A stretch of DNA of 64,000 nucleotides from Candidatus Deferrimicrobiaceae bacterium (GCA_041633075.1 JBFKGZ010000001.1:854-64853); one strand, 5' to 3'. Shown: positions 46,331 to 58,634, numbered from the stretch's first letter. Notes: a model not told the origin generated them from the letters alone. Made by a program: numbers and translations.

Positions 46331-46360
46331 AAAAAAAACCCCCGCGGGGATGGAATCCCC
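46331..46360 (-). terminator. intrinsic terminator-like element between DUF465 gene and ilvD
   Basis: Minus-strand RNA ...GGGGAuuccaUCCCCGCGGGGG followed by U8 (A8 on plus 46331..46338); GC-only short stems (self-complementary ccccgcgggg). T-tract ends ~30 nt before the ilvD ATG. Confidence 0.45.
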
Positions 46361-46454
46361 CTAAGGGATTTCGCCCGCCGGGATCTTCCCCCGGCCCGAA
46401 CGCGCATTCGGTCCGTGCCCGCACCCCGTGGAGGAGGGTTCTCCCTTCCTCTCG

Positions 46455-46673
46455 CTATTGTCCGGAAAGCTTCAGTGCGATCTTGTCCTTCTTCGCCAGT
46501 TTGAGTTTTTGAAGCCGCTTCCGCTCCATCTCCTCATCGGGGGAAAGATACACTTTCCTTTCGAACTCCTTCAGTTTCCCGTCCAGCATGCGGTGTTCCT
46601 GCACCAGGGTTTTGAACTCCGGATCCTTCTCGACAAGCGCAGCGATTTTCTCTTCCTGGTTCCGCGCCCCCAT
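46455..46673 (-). CDS. DUF465 (YdcH-like) small protein
   Basis: 72 aa MGARNQEEKIAALVEKDPEFKTLVQEHRMLDGKLKEFERKVYLSPDEEMERKRL..., charged coiled-coil-like; ATG 46673 with GGAGG RBS at 5-nt spacing; own promoter upstream. Confidence 0.55.
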   Translation of the reverse strand: MGARNQEEKIAALVEKDPEFKTLVQEHRMLDGKLKEFERKVYLSPDEEMERKRLQKLKLAKKDKIALKLSGQ

Positions 46674-46702
46674 CGGCACCTCCGGATTCGGGATGATATC
46701 TG

Positions 46703-46730
46703 AGTGTAGCAGAGGAGGGTCAATTGTCAA
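46703..46730 (-). promoter_or_regulatory. candidate sigma70 promoter for DUF465 gene (and possibly readthrough into ilv)
   Basis: Minus strand: TTGACA (46730..46725) - 16 nt - TACACT (46708..46703), ~30 nt upstream of the DUF465 ATG, immediately after the tsaB stop. Confidence 0.4.
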
Positions 46731-46731
46731 T

Positions 46732-47433
46732 TTACGGGTCGGGGGGACCTCCCCGACGCCGGCGGGTTTCCGCCTCCGAGAAGCGCAGATACGCGGGCAC
46801 GACCGTTCGGGCCTCCCCCGTCTCCCCCCGCAGGACCATGCGCTCCGCCAGCAGGCCGACGGCGGAAGCCCTCGGCAACCCCTCGCCCGGAGGGGGGAAG
46901 AGGGCGCGCTCGCCCAACCGGGCCCGGAACAACTCTCCGTACGGAACGGTTCCGTCCCCGCAGAAAACGACCTTCCCTTCCGGAAACCAGTCCGGGAGCA
47001 CGTCCGGGGGCACGGCGGCGTCGGGGGCGGCGCGGAGGCACTCTCCCCCCTGCCAGCGGAAGACACCCGCGTAGACCTCCTTCTTCTTCGCGTCGAGCAC
47101 AGGGCACACCGGCACCTCTTTCGCAAGAACGCGCGATGCCAGTGCGTGCAGCGTCGGGACGGGAACGATGGGCAGGCCCCACCCGAAGCAGAATCCCTTC
47201 GCGGCGGCCATCCCGACACGAAGACCGGTGAACGATCCGGGGCCCGCCGAAACCGCCACGTGCGTGACTCCGCTCGTCTCCCCGCCCGCCTCTTCGAAAA
47301 GACGGTCGATGGCGGCGAGAAACGTCCCGGATACCTGCTTCTCCCGGGGGAGCACCGTCTCCCCCAGAACGCGTCCCCCGGAGACGAGTGCGACGCTTCC
47401 GCAGGGCGTCGCCGATTCGATGGCCAGGATCAA
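46732..47433 (-). CDS. tsaB: tRNA threonylcarbamoyladenosine biosynthesis protein TsaB (YeaZ)
   Basis: MILAIESATPCGSVALV... Kae1/TsaD-like inactive paralog family. Confidence 0.8.
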   Translation of the reverse strand: MILAIESATPCGSVALVSGGRVLGETVLPREKQVSGTFLAAIDRLFEEAGGETSGVTHVAVSAGPGSFTGLRVGMAAAKGFCFGWGLPIVPVPTLHALASRVLAKEVPVCPVLDAKKKEVYAGVFRWQGGECLRAAPDAAVPPDVLPDWFPEGKVVFCGDGTVPYGELFRARLGERALFPPPGEGLPRASAVGLLAERMVLRGETGEARTVVPAYLRFSEAETRRRRGGPPDP

Positions 47434-47437
47434 GCAG

Positions 47438-48502
47438 CTACCCGGCGATCAGGCGGGCGATGTCGTTGTAGAAAACGAGCGCGGTGAGCATGAGAATCAC
47501 GGCCAGGCCAACCTGTTGCGCCATCATCCTCGCTTGGGGGGTAAGGGGTTTCCGCCGCAGCGCCTCGATCGAGAAGAAGAGGAGGTGACCTCCATCGAGG
47601 ATCGGGATGGGAAGAAGGTTCAGGATCCCCAGATTCACGCTCAGCAATCCAAGGAAGTAGATGAACGGGGAAATCCCCTGTCTGGCCTGGTCTCCCGCAA
47701 TCTGCGCGATCAGAAGGGGTCCCCCGAGAGTATTGGAGGGGATAACCCGCATGATGAGTTTCACCACGGTGAGCACGGTCAGCTTAACGATCCTCCCCGT
47801 CTCCTCGGCGGCGCGGCCGATGGCGGCCACGGGGTTGATCTTTTGCTGGAACACCTCATTGCTGGCCACCACGCCGATCTTGGGACCGTCGACCTTCTCC
47901 CCGAAAATGGTCCGTCCTTCCCGGATTTCCGGCAGGACGGTCACCCGGACCTCTTCCTTTCCGCGGCGGACGGTGAGAGGCAGTTCGTTGCCGGCCCCCG
48001 ATGCCCGGATCCCGGCGGCGAGTTCCTCCCACGTGGCGATTTCCTTCTCTCCCACCCGGACGACGAGGTCGCCGGCCTGAAGCCCCGCCCGCGCCGCGGG
48101 GGTATCCGGCATGACGTCCCCGATTTTCGGAGTCAGTGTGGGAATACCGCCCAGAAAGACTGCCCAGAACACGAGAAACGCAAACAGAAGGTTCGCGATG
48201 GGGCCGGCGGCCACAACCGCCATCTTCACCCAGACCGGCTTGTTGTAAAACGCCTTCTCCTGCTCCTCGGGAGAAACCTCGTCCGCGTCGTTTTCGCCGA
48301 CGAGCTTGACGTACCCTCCAAGCGGTATGGCGGAAATCAGGTACTCGGTTTCCCCTCTCTGGATCCCCGCGAGTTTCGGCCCGAACCCGAATGAGAATTT
48401 CGTGACCCCCACACCGAGCCGACGGGCAACGATGAAGTGTCCGAATTCATGCACAAAGATGAGAATGCCCAGAACGCCGAGAAAGGACAGGAAATAGATC
48501 AC
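47438..48502 (-). CDS. rseP: RIP metalloprotease RseP (site-2 protease)
   Basis: HExxH motif (VHEFGHF) in first TM, PDZ domain, C-terminal LDG motif. Proposed GTG start 48502 overlapping dxr stop (GTGA); the track ORF extends far upstream in-frame across dxr, which I reject. Confidence 0.8.
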   Translation of the reverse strand: MIYFLSFLGVLGILIFVHEFGHFIVARRLGVGVTKFSFGFGPKLAGIQRGETEYLISAIPLGGYVKLVGENDADEVSPEEQEKAFYNKPVWVKMAVVAAGPIANLLFAFLVFWAVFLGGIPTLTPKIGDVMPDTPAARAGLQAGDLVVRVGEKEIATWEELAAGIRASGAGNELPLTVRRGKEEVRVTVLPEIREGRTIFGEKVDGPKIGVVASNEVFQQKINPVAAIGRAAEETGRIVKLTVLTVVKLIMRVIPSNTLGGPLLIAQIAGDQARQGISPFIYFLGLLSVNLGILNLLPIPILDGGHLLFFSIEALRRKPLTPQARMMAQQVGLAVILMLTALVFYNDIARLIAG

Positions 48503-49677
48503 GGTCTGCTTGGTCTCCTGATTTGGGATATGATGCGGGACGCCTCTTCCCTTGCCTCTTCGTCCACGCGGAGAACATTCTTTAGGGTAACAGGCCTTTC
48601 CTCCCTGCGCCATGCCCCCATCATGGCCTCTCCTACCCTCACGATGTCCGTGAAGCGGATTCGCCCCTTGAGAAACGCATCGACCGCGACCTCGTTCGCC
48701 GCGTTGAGCAGTGCGGGTGCGCTTCCCCCGCATGCGGCAGCAGCGTACGCCAACGGAAGGGCCGGAAATCTCTTCCTGTCCGGAGGCTCGAAGTCCCAGC
48801 CATCCATTCGATGCGGAAGCAGCCGGGGCAGTTCCATCGGGAGCCGCTCGGGATACGACAGGGCGTATCCGACGGGGATCCGCATGTCGGGGACGCCCAA
48901 TTGCGCGATCAGGCTGCCGTCCCGGTACTCCACCATCGCGTGCACGATCGACTGGGGATGGATGAGGACGTCGATCTTGTCCGGGGGAAGATCGAAGAGC
49001 CACGTGCCCTCTATTACCTCGAATCCCTTGTTCATCAGGGTGGCGGAGTCGATCGAGATCTTCGCACCCATCCGCCATACGGGGTGCCCGAGCGCCTCCT
49101 CCACCGTCGCGCGGCGCATCTGCCGGAGGGTATGGTTGCGGAAAGGTCCCCCCGAGGCCGTGAGAATGATCCGGGAGATGTCCTCCTTCCTGTGCCCCTC
49201 GATCGCCTGGAATACCGCGGAGTGCTCGCTGTCGACGGGAAGGATTTCGCCTCCTCCCCTCCTGGCGGCTTCCACGAGAAACTTCCCCGCCATCACGAGC
49301 AATTCCTTGTTCGCCAGGGCAATCCGTTTTCCCATCCGGGCGGCCTCGATAACGGGACGGATGGACGTCACGCCGGCGGCGGCGGCCAGGACGATATCGG
49401 TCCCCTCGGCGCAGGCCACCTCAAACATCCCCTCCTCCCCGAACAGGACGCGCGTCCCGGCGGGGAGGCGCCCCAGTCGGGAGACGGGCACCTCTTCGGA
49501 AAGACACACGACGGGAGGACGGAAACGGCATGCCTGCCGGGTGAGCTCCGCTACGTTCTTTCCCGCGCAAAGCGCGGTCACCCGGAACCTCTTCGGAAAT
49601 TTCGCGATCACATCGAGGGCGTTCCGGCCCACCGAGCCGGTGGAACCCAGGACGGCTACTCCTCTGGCCGTTCTCAT
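48499..49677 (-). CDS. dxr: 1-deoxy-D-xylulose 5-phosphate reductoisomerase
   Basis: N-terminal NADPH motif LGSTGSVG and full-length Dxr similarity; conserved dxr-rseP adjacency. Confidence 0.9.
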   Translation of the reverse strand: MRTARGVAVLGSTGSVGRNALDVIAKFPKRFRVTALCAGKNVAELTRQACRFRPPVVCLSEEVPVSRLGRLPAGTRVLFGEEGMFEVACAEGTDIVLAAAAGVTSIRPVIEAARMGKRIALANKELLVMAGKFLVEAARRGGGEILPVDSEHSAVFQAIEGHRKEDISRIILTASGGPFRNHTLRQMRRATVEEALGHPVWRMGAKISIDSATLMNKGFEVIEGTWLFDLPPDKIDVLIHPQSIVHAMVEYRDGSLIAQLGVPDMRIPVGYALSYPERLPMELPRLLPHRMDGWDFEPPDRKRFPALPLAYAAAACGGSAPALLNAANEVAVDAFLKGRIRFTDIVRVGEAMMGAWRREERPVTLKNVLRVDEEAREEASRIISQIRRPSRP

Positions 49678-50489
49678 CCCGTCCCTCCCGCGAGCGGTGC
49701 GAGCAGCGCGAGCAGGTACAGCACCGGCCCTGCAGAGATGACTGCGTCCGCCCGGTCGAACATCCCCCCGTGTCCCGGCAGGAGCGTGCCGCTGTCCTTC
49801 ACCCCCGCGGCGCGCTTGAGAAGCGATTCAAAGAGATCTCCGGCCTGCCCCGCGATCCCCGCCACCGCAGCGACGAGAGAAACAAACCAGGAGGGAATCT
49901 GGGGGAGGAACAGCGCTCCGTAGACAGTCCCCAGAATGATGCTCGCCGCCAGCCCCCCGAGGGCACCCTCAACCGTCTTGTTGGGGGAGATGCCCGGCGA
50001 AAGACGGCGCTTCCCGATCCCCTTTCCGACAAAATAGGCGAAGATATCCCCCACGAAGACCACCAGGAGACCCAGGAAGACCCAGCGCTCCCCGGCCGGG
50101 AGCGCGATGGTACGGGGATAGGTGGACAGGAATCCTCCGATGTAGATCGCGCCGAGCGTCGCAAGGGCGATTCTCCGCGCCATCTCTGCGTGGGACTTCT
50201 CGCCTGCCGGGAAAAGAAACGCTCCCAGCGAGACGCAGCACAGCACGGCCGCCACCGTCGCCTGAAACGGCAGCAGAATGCCGCAGAGATAGACCAGAAA
50301 AGACATCACCACGCCGGACCACCTGTCCCGGGCGGAAGAGAAGAAGAACCGGAAATACTCTCGGGAGCAGAGAACGGTTACCGCTCCCACCAGCAGCGCG
50401 AAGGGCCAACCCTTTCCGAACATCACTACCCCCACGAGGGGGGGAAGCAGCAAGACTGCGGTGAGAATCCGTTTCCCGAGCACGGTCAC
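49674..50489 (-). CDS. cdsA: phosphatidate cytidylyltransferase
   Basis: Multi-TM protein with C-terminal CTP-transferase signature (SxxKRxxGxKDxGxxxPGHGGxxDRxD = SLLKRAAGVKDSGTLLPGHGGMFDRAD); GTG start 50489 overlaps uppS stop (GTGA). Confidence 0.8.
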   Translation of the reverse strand: MTVLGKRILTAVLLLPPLVGVVMFGKGWPFALLVGAVTVLCSREYFRFFFSSARDRWSGVVMSFLVYLCGILLPFQATVAAVLCCVSLGAFLFPAGEKSHAEMARRIALATLGAIYIGGFLSTYPRTIALPAGERWVFLGLLVVFVGDIFAYFVGKGIGKRRLSPGISPNKTVEGALGGLAASIILGTVYGALFLPQIPSWFVSLVAAVAGIAGQAGDLFESLLKRAAGVKDSGTLLPGHGGMFDRADAVISAGPVLYLLALLAPLAGGTG

Positions 50490-51241
50490 AAGTCGTTCGG
50501 GGAACGTTTCCCCTCTTCCGCCGTCAGTCCGAAGCGGCGATCGCGGTGCGAATACTCCTCGAGGGCGGCGAGAAACTCCGGCTTCCCGAAATCGGGCCAA
50601 AGGACGTCGGTGAACACGAACTCCGCGTAAGCCGCCTGCCAAAGGAGGAAGTTGCTGATTCGGACCTCCCCGCTGGTCCGAATCACCAAGTCGGGATCGG
50701 GAATCCCGGCCGTGTCCAGCCTTCCGGCGAAATCCTCGTCCGTAATCGACCCGGGAACGATCTTCCCCGCCGCCGCGTCCTCGGCCAGCATTCGGGCCGC
50801 CCGAACGATCTCGTGCCTCCCGGCATAGGACAGCGCCAGGGTGAGCGTCATGTCGCGGTTCTTCGCGGTGGCCGCCAGCGTCCGGTCGAGTACCCCGCGG
50901 ACGTGGGAAGGAAGCTGCCCGATCTCTCCGATGACGTTCAGCCGGATCCCTTGCCGGTTGAGGTCGGGAAGCTCTTTGATCAGAAACTCCCGGAGAAGCC
51001 CCATCAGGGTGGCCACCTCGGGCCGGGGACGCCCCCAGTTTTCCGAGGAGAACGCGTACAGGGTAATGAAGGAGATGCCGATTTCCCGGGCGCACTCCAC
51101 TACTGCCCTGACGGAGCGGATTCCCATCCGGTGCCCTTCCACACGAGGCAGCCCGCGAAGACTGGCCCACCGTCCGTTTCCATCCATGATGATGGCCACG
51201 TGCCGCGGAAGGGCGGATGCAGGGGGTCCGCCGCTTTTCAT
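50486..51241 (-). CDS. uppS: ditrans,polycis-undecaprenyl-diphosphate synthase
   Basis: HVAIIMDGNGRWA motif and full UPPS similarity. Confidence 0.9.
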   Translation of the reverse strand: MKSGGPPASALPRHVAIIMDGNGRWASLRGLPRVEGHRMGIRSVRAVVECAREIGISFITLYAFSSENWGRPRPEVATLMGLLREFLIKELPDLNRQGIRLNVIGEIGQLPSHVRGVLDRTLAATAKNRDMTLTLALSYAGRHEIVRAARMLAEDAAAGKIVPGSITDEDFAGRLDTAGIPDPDLVIRTSGEVRISNFLLWQAAYAEFVFTDVLWPDFGKPEFLAALEEYSHRDRRFGLTAEEGKRSPNDL

Positions 51242-51274
51242 GTAGGCTTGTCTTCGAGTCCCGGCGGAAGCGTC

Positions 51275-51439
51275 CTAGACCCGGACGATGGCCCCGGTCG
51301 GGCAGGTCTCGACGCAGGCAAGACACTCGGTGCATTCATCGGTCACCTTGTACTTCTCGCCCTCGACGATCGCTCCGGCCGGGCAGCCGTCCAGACAGAC
51401 TCCGCAGGCGGTGCACTCGTCGTTGATGATGATGGCCAT
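51275..51439 (-). CDS. 2x[4Fe-4S] ferredoxin (54 aa)
   Basis: MAIIINDECTACGVCLDGCPAGAIVEGEKYKVTDECTECLACVETCPTGAIVRV: two CxxCxxCxxxCP motifs; ATG 51439 with GGAGG RBS. Confidence 0.7.
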   Translation of the reverse strand: MAIIINDECTACGVCLDGCPAGAIVEGEKYKVTDECTECLACVETCPTGAIVRV

Positions 51440-51495
51440 GCTGTGTTTCCTCCTCTGCTGTTTCCGTATGACGGAAGTGGCCCGACGCGTGGCGT

Positions 51496-52050
51496 TCAGA
51501 CCTCCATGATCTCCTGTTCCTTCGTCTTCAGGATCTCGTCGATCTTCTTGACGTAGCTGTCCGTCTCCTTCTGGATCCGGTCCTGCCACCGCTTCATCTC
51601 ATCCTCCGAGATCTCCTTCTTTTTTTCGCTCTCTTTGATCCGGTCGATCGAATCGCGCCGGATGTTCCGGATCGCGATCCGCGCTTCTTCCGCCATCTTT
51701 TTCACCACCTTGACGAGGTCCTTGCGCCGCTCCTCGGTCAGGGGGGGGATGGGAATGCGGACGATTTTCCCGTCGTTTGACGGGTTGAGTCCCAGGCCGC
51801 TCGCCTGGATTGCCCTCTCGATCGGACTGACCATCTTGGCGTCCCAGGGGGTGATCGTGATCAGCCTGCTCTCCGGGACGGAGAGGGTGCCGACCTGCGC
51901 CAGCGGAGTGAGGGTCCCGTAATAGTCCACCTTGATCCCGTCCAGGAGAGAAAATGACGCTCTCCCCGTCCGGATCTTCCCCAGTTCCTTCCGGAAGGCG
52001 TCGATGGATCTCGCCATCTTCCCGCCCGTGTCCTTGAAAAGCGCTTCCAC
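51496..52050 (-). CDS. frr: ribosome recycling factor
   Basis: 184 aa aligning with E. coli Frr from [12 protein letters not shown] (GTG start 52050 overlapping pyrH TAG by 1 nt; GGAGG RBS). Confidence 0.85.
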   Translation of the reverse strand: MEALFKDTGGKMARSIDAFRKELGKIRTGRASFSLLDGIKVDYYGTLTPLAQVGTLSVPESRLITITPWDAKMVSPIERAIQASGLGLNPSNDGKIVRIPIPPLTEERRKDLVKVVKKMAEEARIAIRNIRRDSIDRIKESEKKKEISEDEMKRWQDRIQKETDSYVKKIDEILKTKEQEIMEV

Positions 52051-52790
52051 TAGTGACCTCCCCGGACCACGGTGCCGATCTTCTCCCCCATGACCACCCT
52101 CCGGATGTTCCCCCTCTTCGTCAGATTGAATACGACGATCGGAAGGTCGTTGTCCATGCACAGGGATATCGCCGTGGCGTCCATCACCTTGAGGTTTCTG
52201 TTCAAAGCATCGATGTAGGTAAGCTCCTTGAACTTTTTCGCTTTCTTATGGAGCAGCGGGTCCTTGTCATACACCCCGTCGACCCGGGTGGCCTTCAGAA
52301 TGGCGTCCGAGTTGATCTCCATCGCGCGGAGGGCGGCGGCAGTGTCCGTCGTGAAGTACGGGTTGCCGGTGCCCGCAGCGAAAATGACCACTCTTCCTTT
52401 TTCCAGGTGCCGCAGGGCGCGTCGCCGGATGTAGGGCTCGGCGATCGCCCGCATCTCGATCGCGGAGAGGACACGCGTCATCACCCCGTCGCGTTCCAAT
52501 CTCTCCTGCAGCGCCAGGCTGTTGATGACGGTCGCAAGCATCCCCATGTAGTCGGCGGAGGCGCGGTCGATGCCGTACTCGCGGCTCATCTGGATCCCCC
52601 GGAAGATGTTCCCGCCTCCCATCACCAGGGCGACCTGGACGCCCAGGGAGGTGATTTCCCGGATCTCCTCCGACAGGCCCGCGAGGATGCCGTCATCGAT
52701 CCCGTACGGATGTTTGCCCAAGAGGGCCTCGCCCGACAGCTTCAGCAGGATGCGTCGGTACACCGGTTTTCCCACGGGCCCTCCGGGCAC
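52050..52790 (-). CDS. pyrH: UMP kinase
   Basis: [13 protein letters not shown]... amino-acid-kinase fold; conserved tsf-pyrH-frr order. Confidence 0.9.
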   Translation of the reverse strand: MPGGPVGKPVYRRILLKLSGEALLGKHPYGIDDGILAGLSEEIREITSLGVQVALVMGGGNIFRGIQMSREYGIDRASADYMGMLATVINSLALQERLERDGVMTRVLSAIEMRAIAEPYIRRRALRHLEKGRVVIFAAGTGNPYFTTDTAAALRAMEINSDAILKATRVDGVYDKDPLLHKKAKKFKELTYIDALNRNLKVMDATAISLCMDNDLPIVVFNLTKRGNIRRVVMGEKIGTVVRGGH

Positions 52791-52797
52791 GGGGGGA

Positions 52798-53721
52798 TTA
52801 CCCCCGGTTCAGCTGCTTCGCCACTTCCGCGGCCAGATCGTCGGAACGCTTCGTGAGCCCCTCCCCCACCTGGAAACGGGCGAACCGGCCGACGCGCACG
52901 TCGACTCCCCGCTTCGCGGCCATCTCCTTCAGCAGGTCGTTCACGGTGCGATCGGGATCCTTGATGAAGGATTGCTCCAGCAGGCAGAAGTCGCCGAAGT
53001 ACTTCTCGAGTTTTCCCTCGGCGATACGATCCAGGATCTTCTCCGGCTTCCCCGCAGCGAGCGCCTGCTCGCGGTAGATCGCCTTCTCCCGCTCGACCAC
53101 CGCCGCCGGGACATCCTCCCGGGAAACGTACAGGGGGTTCGCTGCGGCGACCTGCATCGCCATGTCCTTGCCGAGCGCAACGAACTCCGCGTCGTCCGGC
53201 CCTGCGCCGAGGAGTTCCACCAGAACCCCGATCTTCCCCCCCGCGTGGATATAGGGAACGGTCACCCCGTTGGCTCCCGCCGGCAAGGCAAAGCGCGCGA
53301 AGCGGCGGAACGAGATCTTCTCCCCGATCTTCGCCACCTTCTCGTTGAGCATGGTTCCCAGGGGAACTCCCCCTTCTCCCGGGAGGAGCAGCGATTCCTC
53401 GACGCCCTTCGGTCCCTTCGTGTTCACCGTCGCGGCCACGTGCCTCGCAAGCTCCTGGAACTCGTCGGTCTTGGCGACAAAGTCGGTCTCGCAGTTTATC
53501 TCGACAAGCGTCGCGGACTCCGCGGCGACGTAGGCGGTGACGGTCCCTTCGGAAGCGATCCTCGACGCCTTCTTGGCCGCTGCGGCCAGCCCTTTCTTCC
53601 GGAGCACATCGACAGCGGCCTCCGTGTCCCCTCCCGATTCGGCGAGTGCTTTCTTGCAATCCATCATCCCCGCGCCGGTCTTCTCGCGCAACTCGCGTAC
53701 CATTTCCGCGGTTATCTGCAT
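52798..53721 (-). CDS. tsf: translation elongation factor Ts
   Basis: [26 protein letters not shown] canonical EF-Ts N-terminus. Confidence 0.9.
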   Translation of the reverse strand: MQITAEMVRELREKTGAGMMDCKKALAESGGDTEAAVDVLRKKGLAAAAKKASRIASEGTVTAYVAAESATLVEINCETDFVAKTDEFQELARHVAATVNTKGPKGVEESLLLPGEGGVPLGTMLNEKVAKIGEKISFRRFARFALPAGANGVTVPYIHAGGKIGVLVELLGAGPDDAEFVALGKDMAMQVAAANPLYVSREDVPAAVVEREKAIYREQALAAGKPEKILDRIAEGKLEKYFGDFCLLEQSFIKDPDRTVNDLLKEMAAKRGVDVRVGRFARFQVGEGLTKRSDDLAAEVAKQLNRG

Positions 53722-53760
53722 CTTTCGTCCTCTCCTGGTCGAATGTCGGTCTTGCGGAGG

Positions 53761-54591
53761 TTATTCCTCCGCGGCGGCGGGAACCGTTCCGGCTGCGCTT
53801 TCCTCCGTGGTCTCTTCCTCCGTGGAGATAAGCGCCATCGTGATTTCCGGCGCTTCGGCTTCCTTGTCCGCCGCCGACGCCGTCATCTCCTCGTACGCCG
53901 CCTTCCCCTCGATAATCGCGTCCGCGACCTTTCCCAGAAACAGCTTGATCGCCCGGATGGCGTCGTCATTTCCCGGGATGATGTAATCCACGAGGTCCGG
54001 GTCGCAGTTGGTGTCGACGATGGCGATGATCGGTATGGAAAGCCTCCTCGCCTCCAGGACCGCGATCTCCTCCCGCGAGGGATCGACGACGAAGATGGCG
54101 TCGGGAACGCGCCGCAGATCCTTGATGCCGCCCAGCACCTTCTCCAGCTTGGCGCGCTCCTTGGCGAGCTTGAGTACTTCCTTCTTGGGGAGTTTGTCGG
54201 CCGTGCCGTCCATGGTCATGTCCGTAAGCTTCTGGAGCCGATCGAGGCTCTTGCGGATCGTCTGGAAGTTGGTGAGCATGCCTCCCAGCCACCGGACATT
54301 CACGTACGGAGTGACCGCGCGCTTCGCCTCCTCCTCGACGGCCTCCTGGGCCTGCTTCTTGGTTCCCACGAACAGAACCGTCTTCCCCTCCGCCGCCAGG
54401 TCCCGGACGAAATCGTACGCGGTGCGAAACATCTTCACCGTCTGCTGGAGATCGATGATGTAGATCCCGTTGCGGGCGGTGAAGATGTACCTTTTCATTT
54501 TCGGGTTCCACCTCTTCGTCTGGTGACCGAAGTGGACCCCTGCCTCCAGCAGCTGCTTCATCGTGATAACCGAACCTTGCCCGTTTGCCAT
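53761..54591 (-). CDS. rpsB: 30S ribosomal protein S2
   Basis: [32 protein letters not shown] from ATG 54591 (GGAGG RBS); the track ORF's upstream extension is rejected. Confidence 0.9.
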   Translation of the reverse strand: MANGQGSVITMKQLLEAGVHFGHQTKRWNPKMKRYIFTARNGIYIIDLQQTVKMFRTAYDFVRDLAAEGKTVLFVGTKKQAQEAVEEEAKRAVTPYVNVRWLGGMLTNFQTIRKSLDRLQKLTDMTMDGTADKLPKKEVLKLAKERAKLEKVLGGIKDLRRVPDAIFVVDPSREEIAVLEARRLSIPIIAIVDTNCDPDLVDYIIPGNDDAIRAIKLFLGKVADAIIEGKAAYEEMTASAADKEAEAPEITMALISTEEETTEESAAGTVPAAAEE

Positions 54592-54763
54592 GTCTTCCCT
54601 TCCTCCTCGTTTCGGGGTTGTTCCTCCGGGCGTTCCGCCCTTCCCCATCCACCCCGGTCGAACCGGGGCACCCCGGGGAAAGTCCCGCCCGTGGGAGATA
54701 ATCGCCTAACCTGTCATATGTATCATAAATGATTCGGGATTCTCAAGAAGTAATGGTCGCCCC

Positions 54764-55957
54764 TCACGTCCGGTAACCGGCGTTGATCCGGATGTAGTCG
54801 TGCCCCAGGTCCGAGAAGAAAACGAAATAGCTGCCCTTGCCCAGCCCCAGGTCCACGTCGATCGCATACGCCTGTTTCCGGATCCTCGGGACCGCCCGGC
54901 GCACTGCCCGGGGGTCGATCTCCATGCCCCGGCGCATCACCTTCTCCCCCGTGAAGGACACTTCGGCACGGCCCGGGTCGATGTCGGCCCCGGACCGCCC
55001 GACGGCGGCGATCACGCGGCCCCAGTTGAGGTCCGCTCCGAACACCGCGGTCTTTACCAGCGGGGACGTCGCCACGGCGCGGGCGGCCGATTCGGCGTCC
55101 CTGTCGCTCCTTGCCCCTTTCACCGATATCCGCACGACACGCGTCGCCCCCTCCCCGTCGCGGACGATCATCAGCGCCAGATCGAGCAGCAACTCCCGAA
55201 GCGCCCCGGCGAAACGGTCGAGATCCTTCCCCTCGAGCCGCGGGAGCGCGCAGGCACCGTTGGCGAAAATCGCCGCCGTGTCGTTGGTGCTCATGTCGCC
55301 GTCCACCACAATCCGGTTGAACGACAGATCCACGGCCTCACGGAAGACCTTCCGGAGGGCGGCGGCACGGACAGCGGCGTCCGTAAACACGTAGGCAAGC
55401 ATCGTGCCCATGCCGGGGGCGATCATGCCGGCTCCCTTCGCAATCCCCCCCAGAGTGACGGTTCCTCCGCAAACCCGGAGCTTCCGCACCACGCGCTTCG
55501 GGTACGCATCGGTCGTGAGAATCGCATCGTTCGCCCGGGGAATCCCCGCGGGCGAAAGAGAGGCGCACAGCGGGGGGACCGCCACCAGGATTTTTTCCAC
55601 GGGAAGGGGCACGCCGATCACTCCCGTGGAGGATACGAGAAGGGAACCGTCCGGGAGCCCGAGCGTGCTGCATGCTTTTGCGGAGATCCTGCGGACCGCC
55701 GACAGCCCCGCCCTGCCCGTGCACGCGTTGGCGTTGCCGCTGTTGGCGATCACGCCGCGCAAGGCCGACCGGGAGGCAAGGCCCCTGCCCCATACGACCG
55801 GCGCCGCGGCGACCTTGTTCCGTGTGAAGAGAACGGCGGAAGTGCACGTCCGGTCGCTCACCACGATCGCGAGATCGGGCTTTCTGCTCTTCCCGATCCC
55901 GCACCAGAGCCCGCCCCCCCGGAAACCGGGCACAGCGATCTTCCCCGCGACGGGCAT
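54764..55957 (-). CDS. argJ: bifunctional glutamate N-acetyltransferase / amino-acid acetyltransferase
   Basis: 397-aa ArgJ/OAT family with autoproteolytic ATML-type site region (GMGTMLAYV). Confidence 0.85.
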   Translation of the reverse strand: MPVAGKIAVPGFRGGGLWCGIGKSRKPDLAIVVSDRTCTSAVLFTRNKVAAAPVVWGRGLASRSALRGVIANSGNANACTGRAGLSAVRRISAKACSTLGLPDGSLLVSSTGVIGVPLPVEKILVAVPPLCASLSPAGIPRANDAILTTDAYPKRVVRKLRVCGGTVTLGGIAKGAGMIAPGMGTMLAYVFTDAAVRAAALRKVFREAVDLSFNRIVVDGDMSTNDTAAIFANGACALPRLEGKDLDRFAGALRELLLDLALMIVRDGEGATRVVRISVKGARSDRDAESAARAVATSPLVKTAVFGADLNWGRVIAAVGRSGADIDPGRAEVSFTGEKVMRRGMEIDPRAVRRAVPRIRKQAYAIDVDLGLGKGSYFVFFSDLGHDYIRINAGYRT

Positions 55958-55961
55958 CCCG

Positions 55962-58505
<2,544 letters not shown>

Positions 58506-58536
58506 CGAGGAGATCCTTCTGTTGGCTGCCGGCTCC

Positions 58537-58573
58537 AAAAAAAAACGCTCCGACGGGGAGGCGCCCCGGGAGC
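58537..58573 (-). terminator. intrinsic terminator downstream of M23 peptidase gene / in secA leader
   Basis: Minus-strand RNA GCUCCcGGGG-cgccu-CCCCguCGGAGC (≈9 bp GC stem with small internal loop) followed by G + U9 (A9 on plus 58537..58545), ending ~30 nt before the secA ATG. Confidence 0.55.
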
Positions 58574-58576
58574 ACT

Positions 58577-58613
58577 AAGTACTCCGTTTCCCGATCTGTG
58601 AAGGGGAGTACTT
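58577..58613. repeat. perfect 9-bp inverted repeat with 19-nt spacer (aagtactcc-N19-ggagtactt)
   Basis: Seen directly: 58577..58585 and 58605..58613 are exact reverse complements. It sits between the M23 peptidase stop and the terminator above, and could be an RNA hairpin or a protein-binding palindrome. Confidence 0.4.
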
Positions 58614-58634
58614 GGCGACTGCGCCGTTTCCCTC

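Noticed and set aside
46192-46407. 71-aa minus-strand ORF spanning the ilvD leader/terminator (candidate leader peptide)
   Set aside because: Arg/Gly-rich with no branched-chain residue enrichment and no RBS. It reads through the hairpin and U-tract, so I treat it as spurious.
54640-54675. tRNA-like T-arm (ccccGGTTCGAccgggg)
   Set aside because: The loop is only 5 nt and no acceptor/D/anticodon arms can be built around it. No tRNA or rRNA genes are detectable anywhere in the window.
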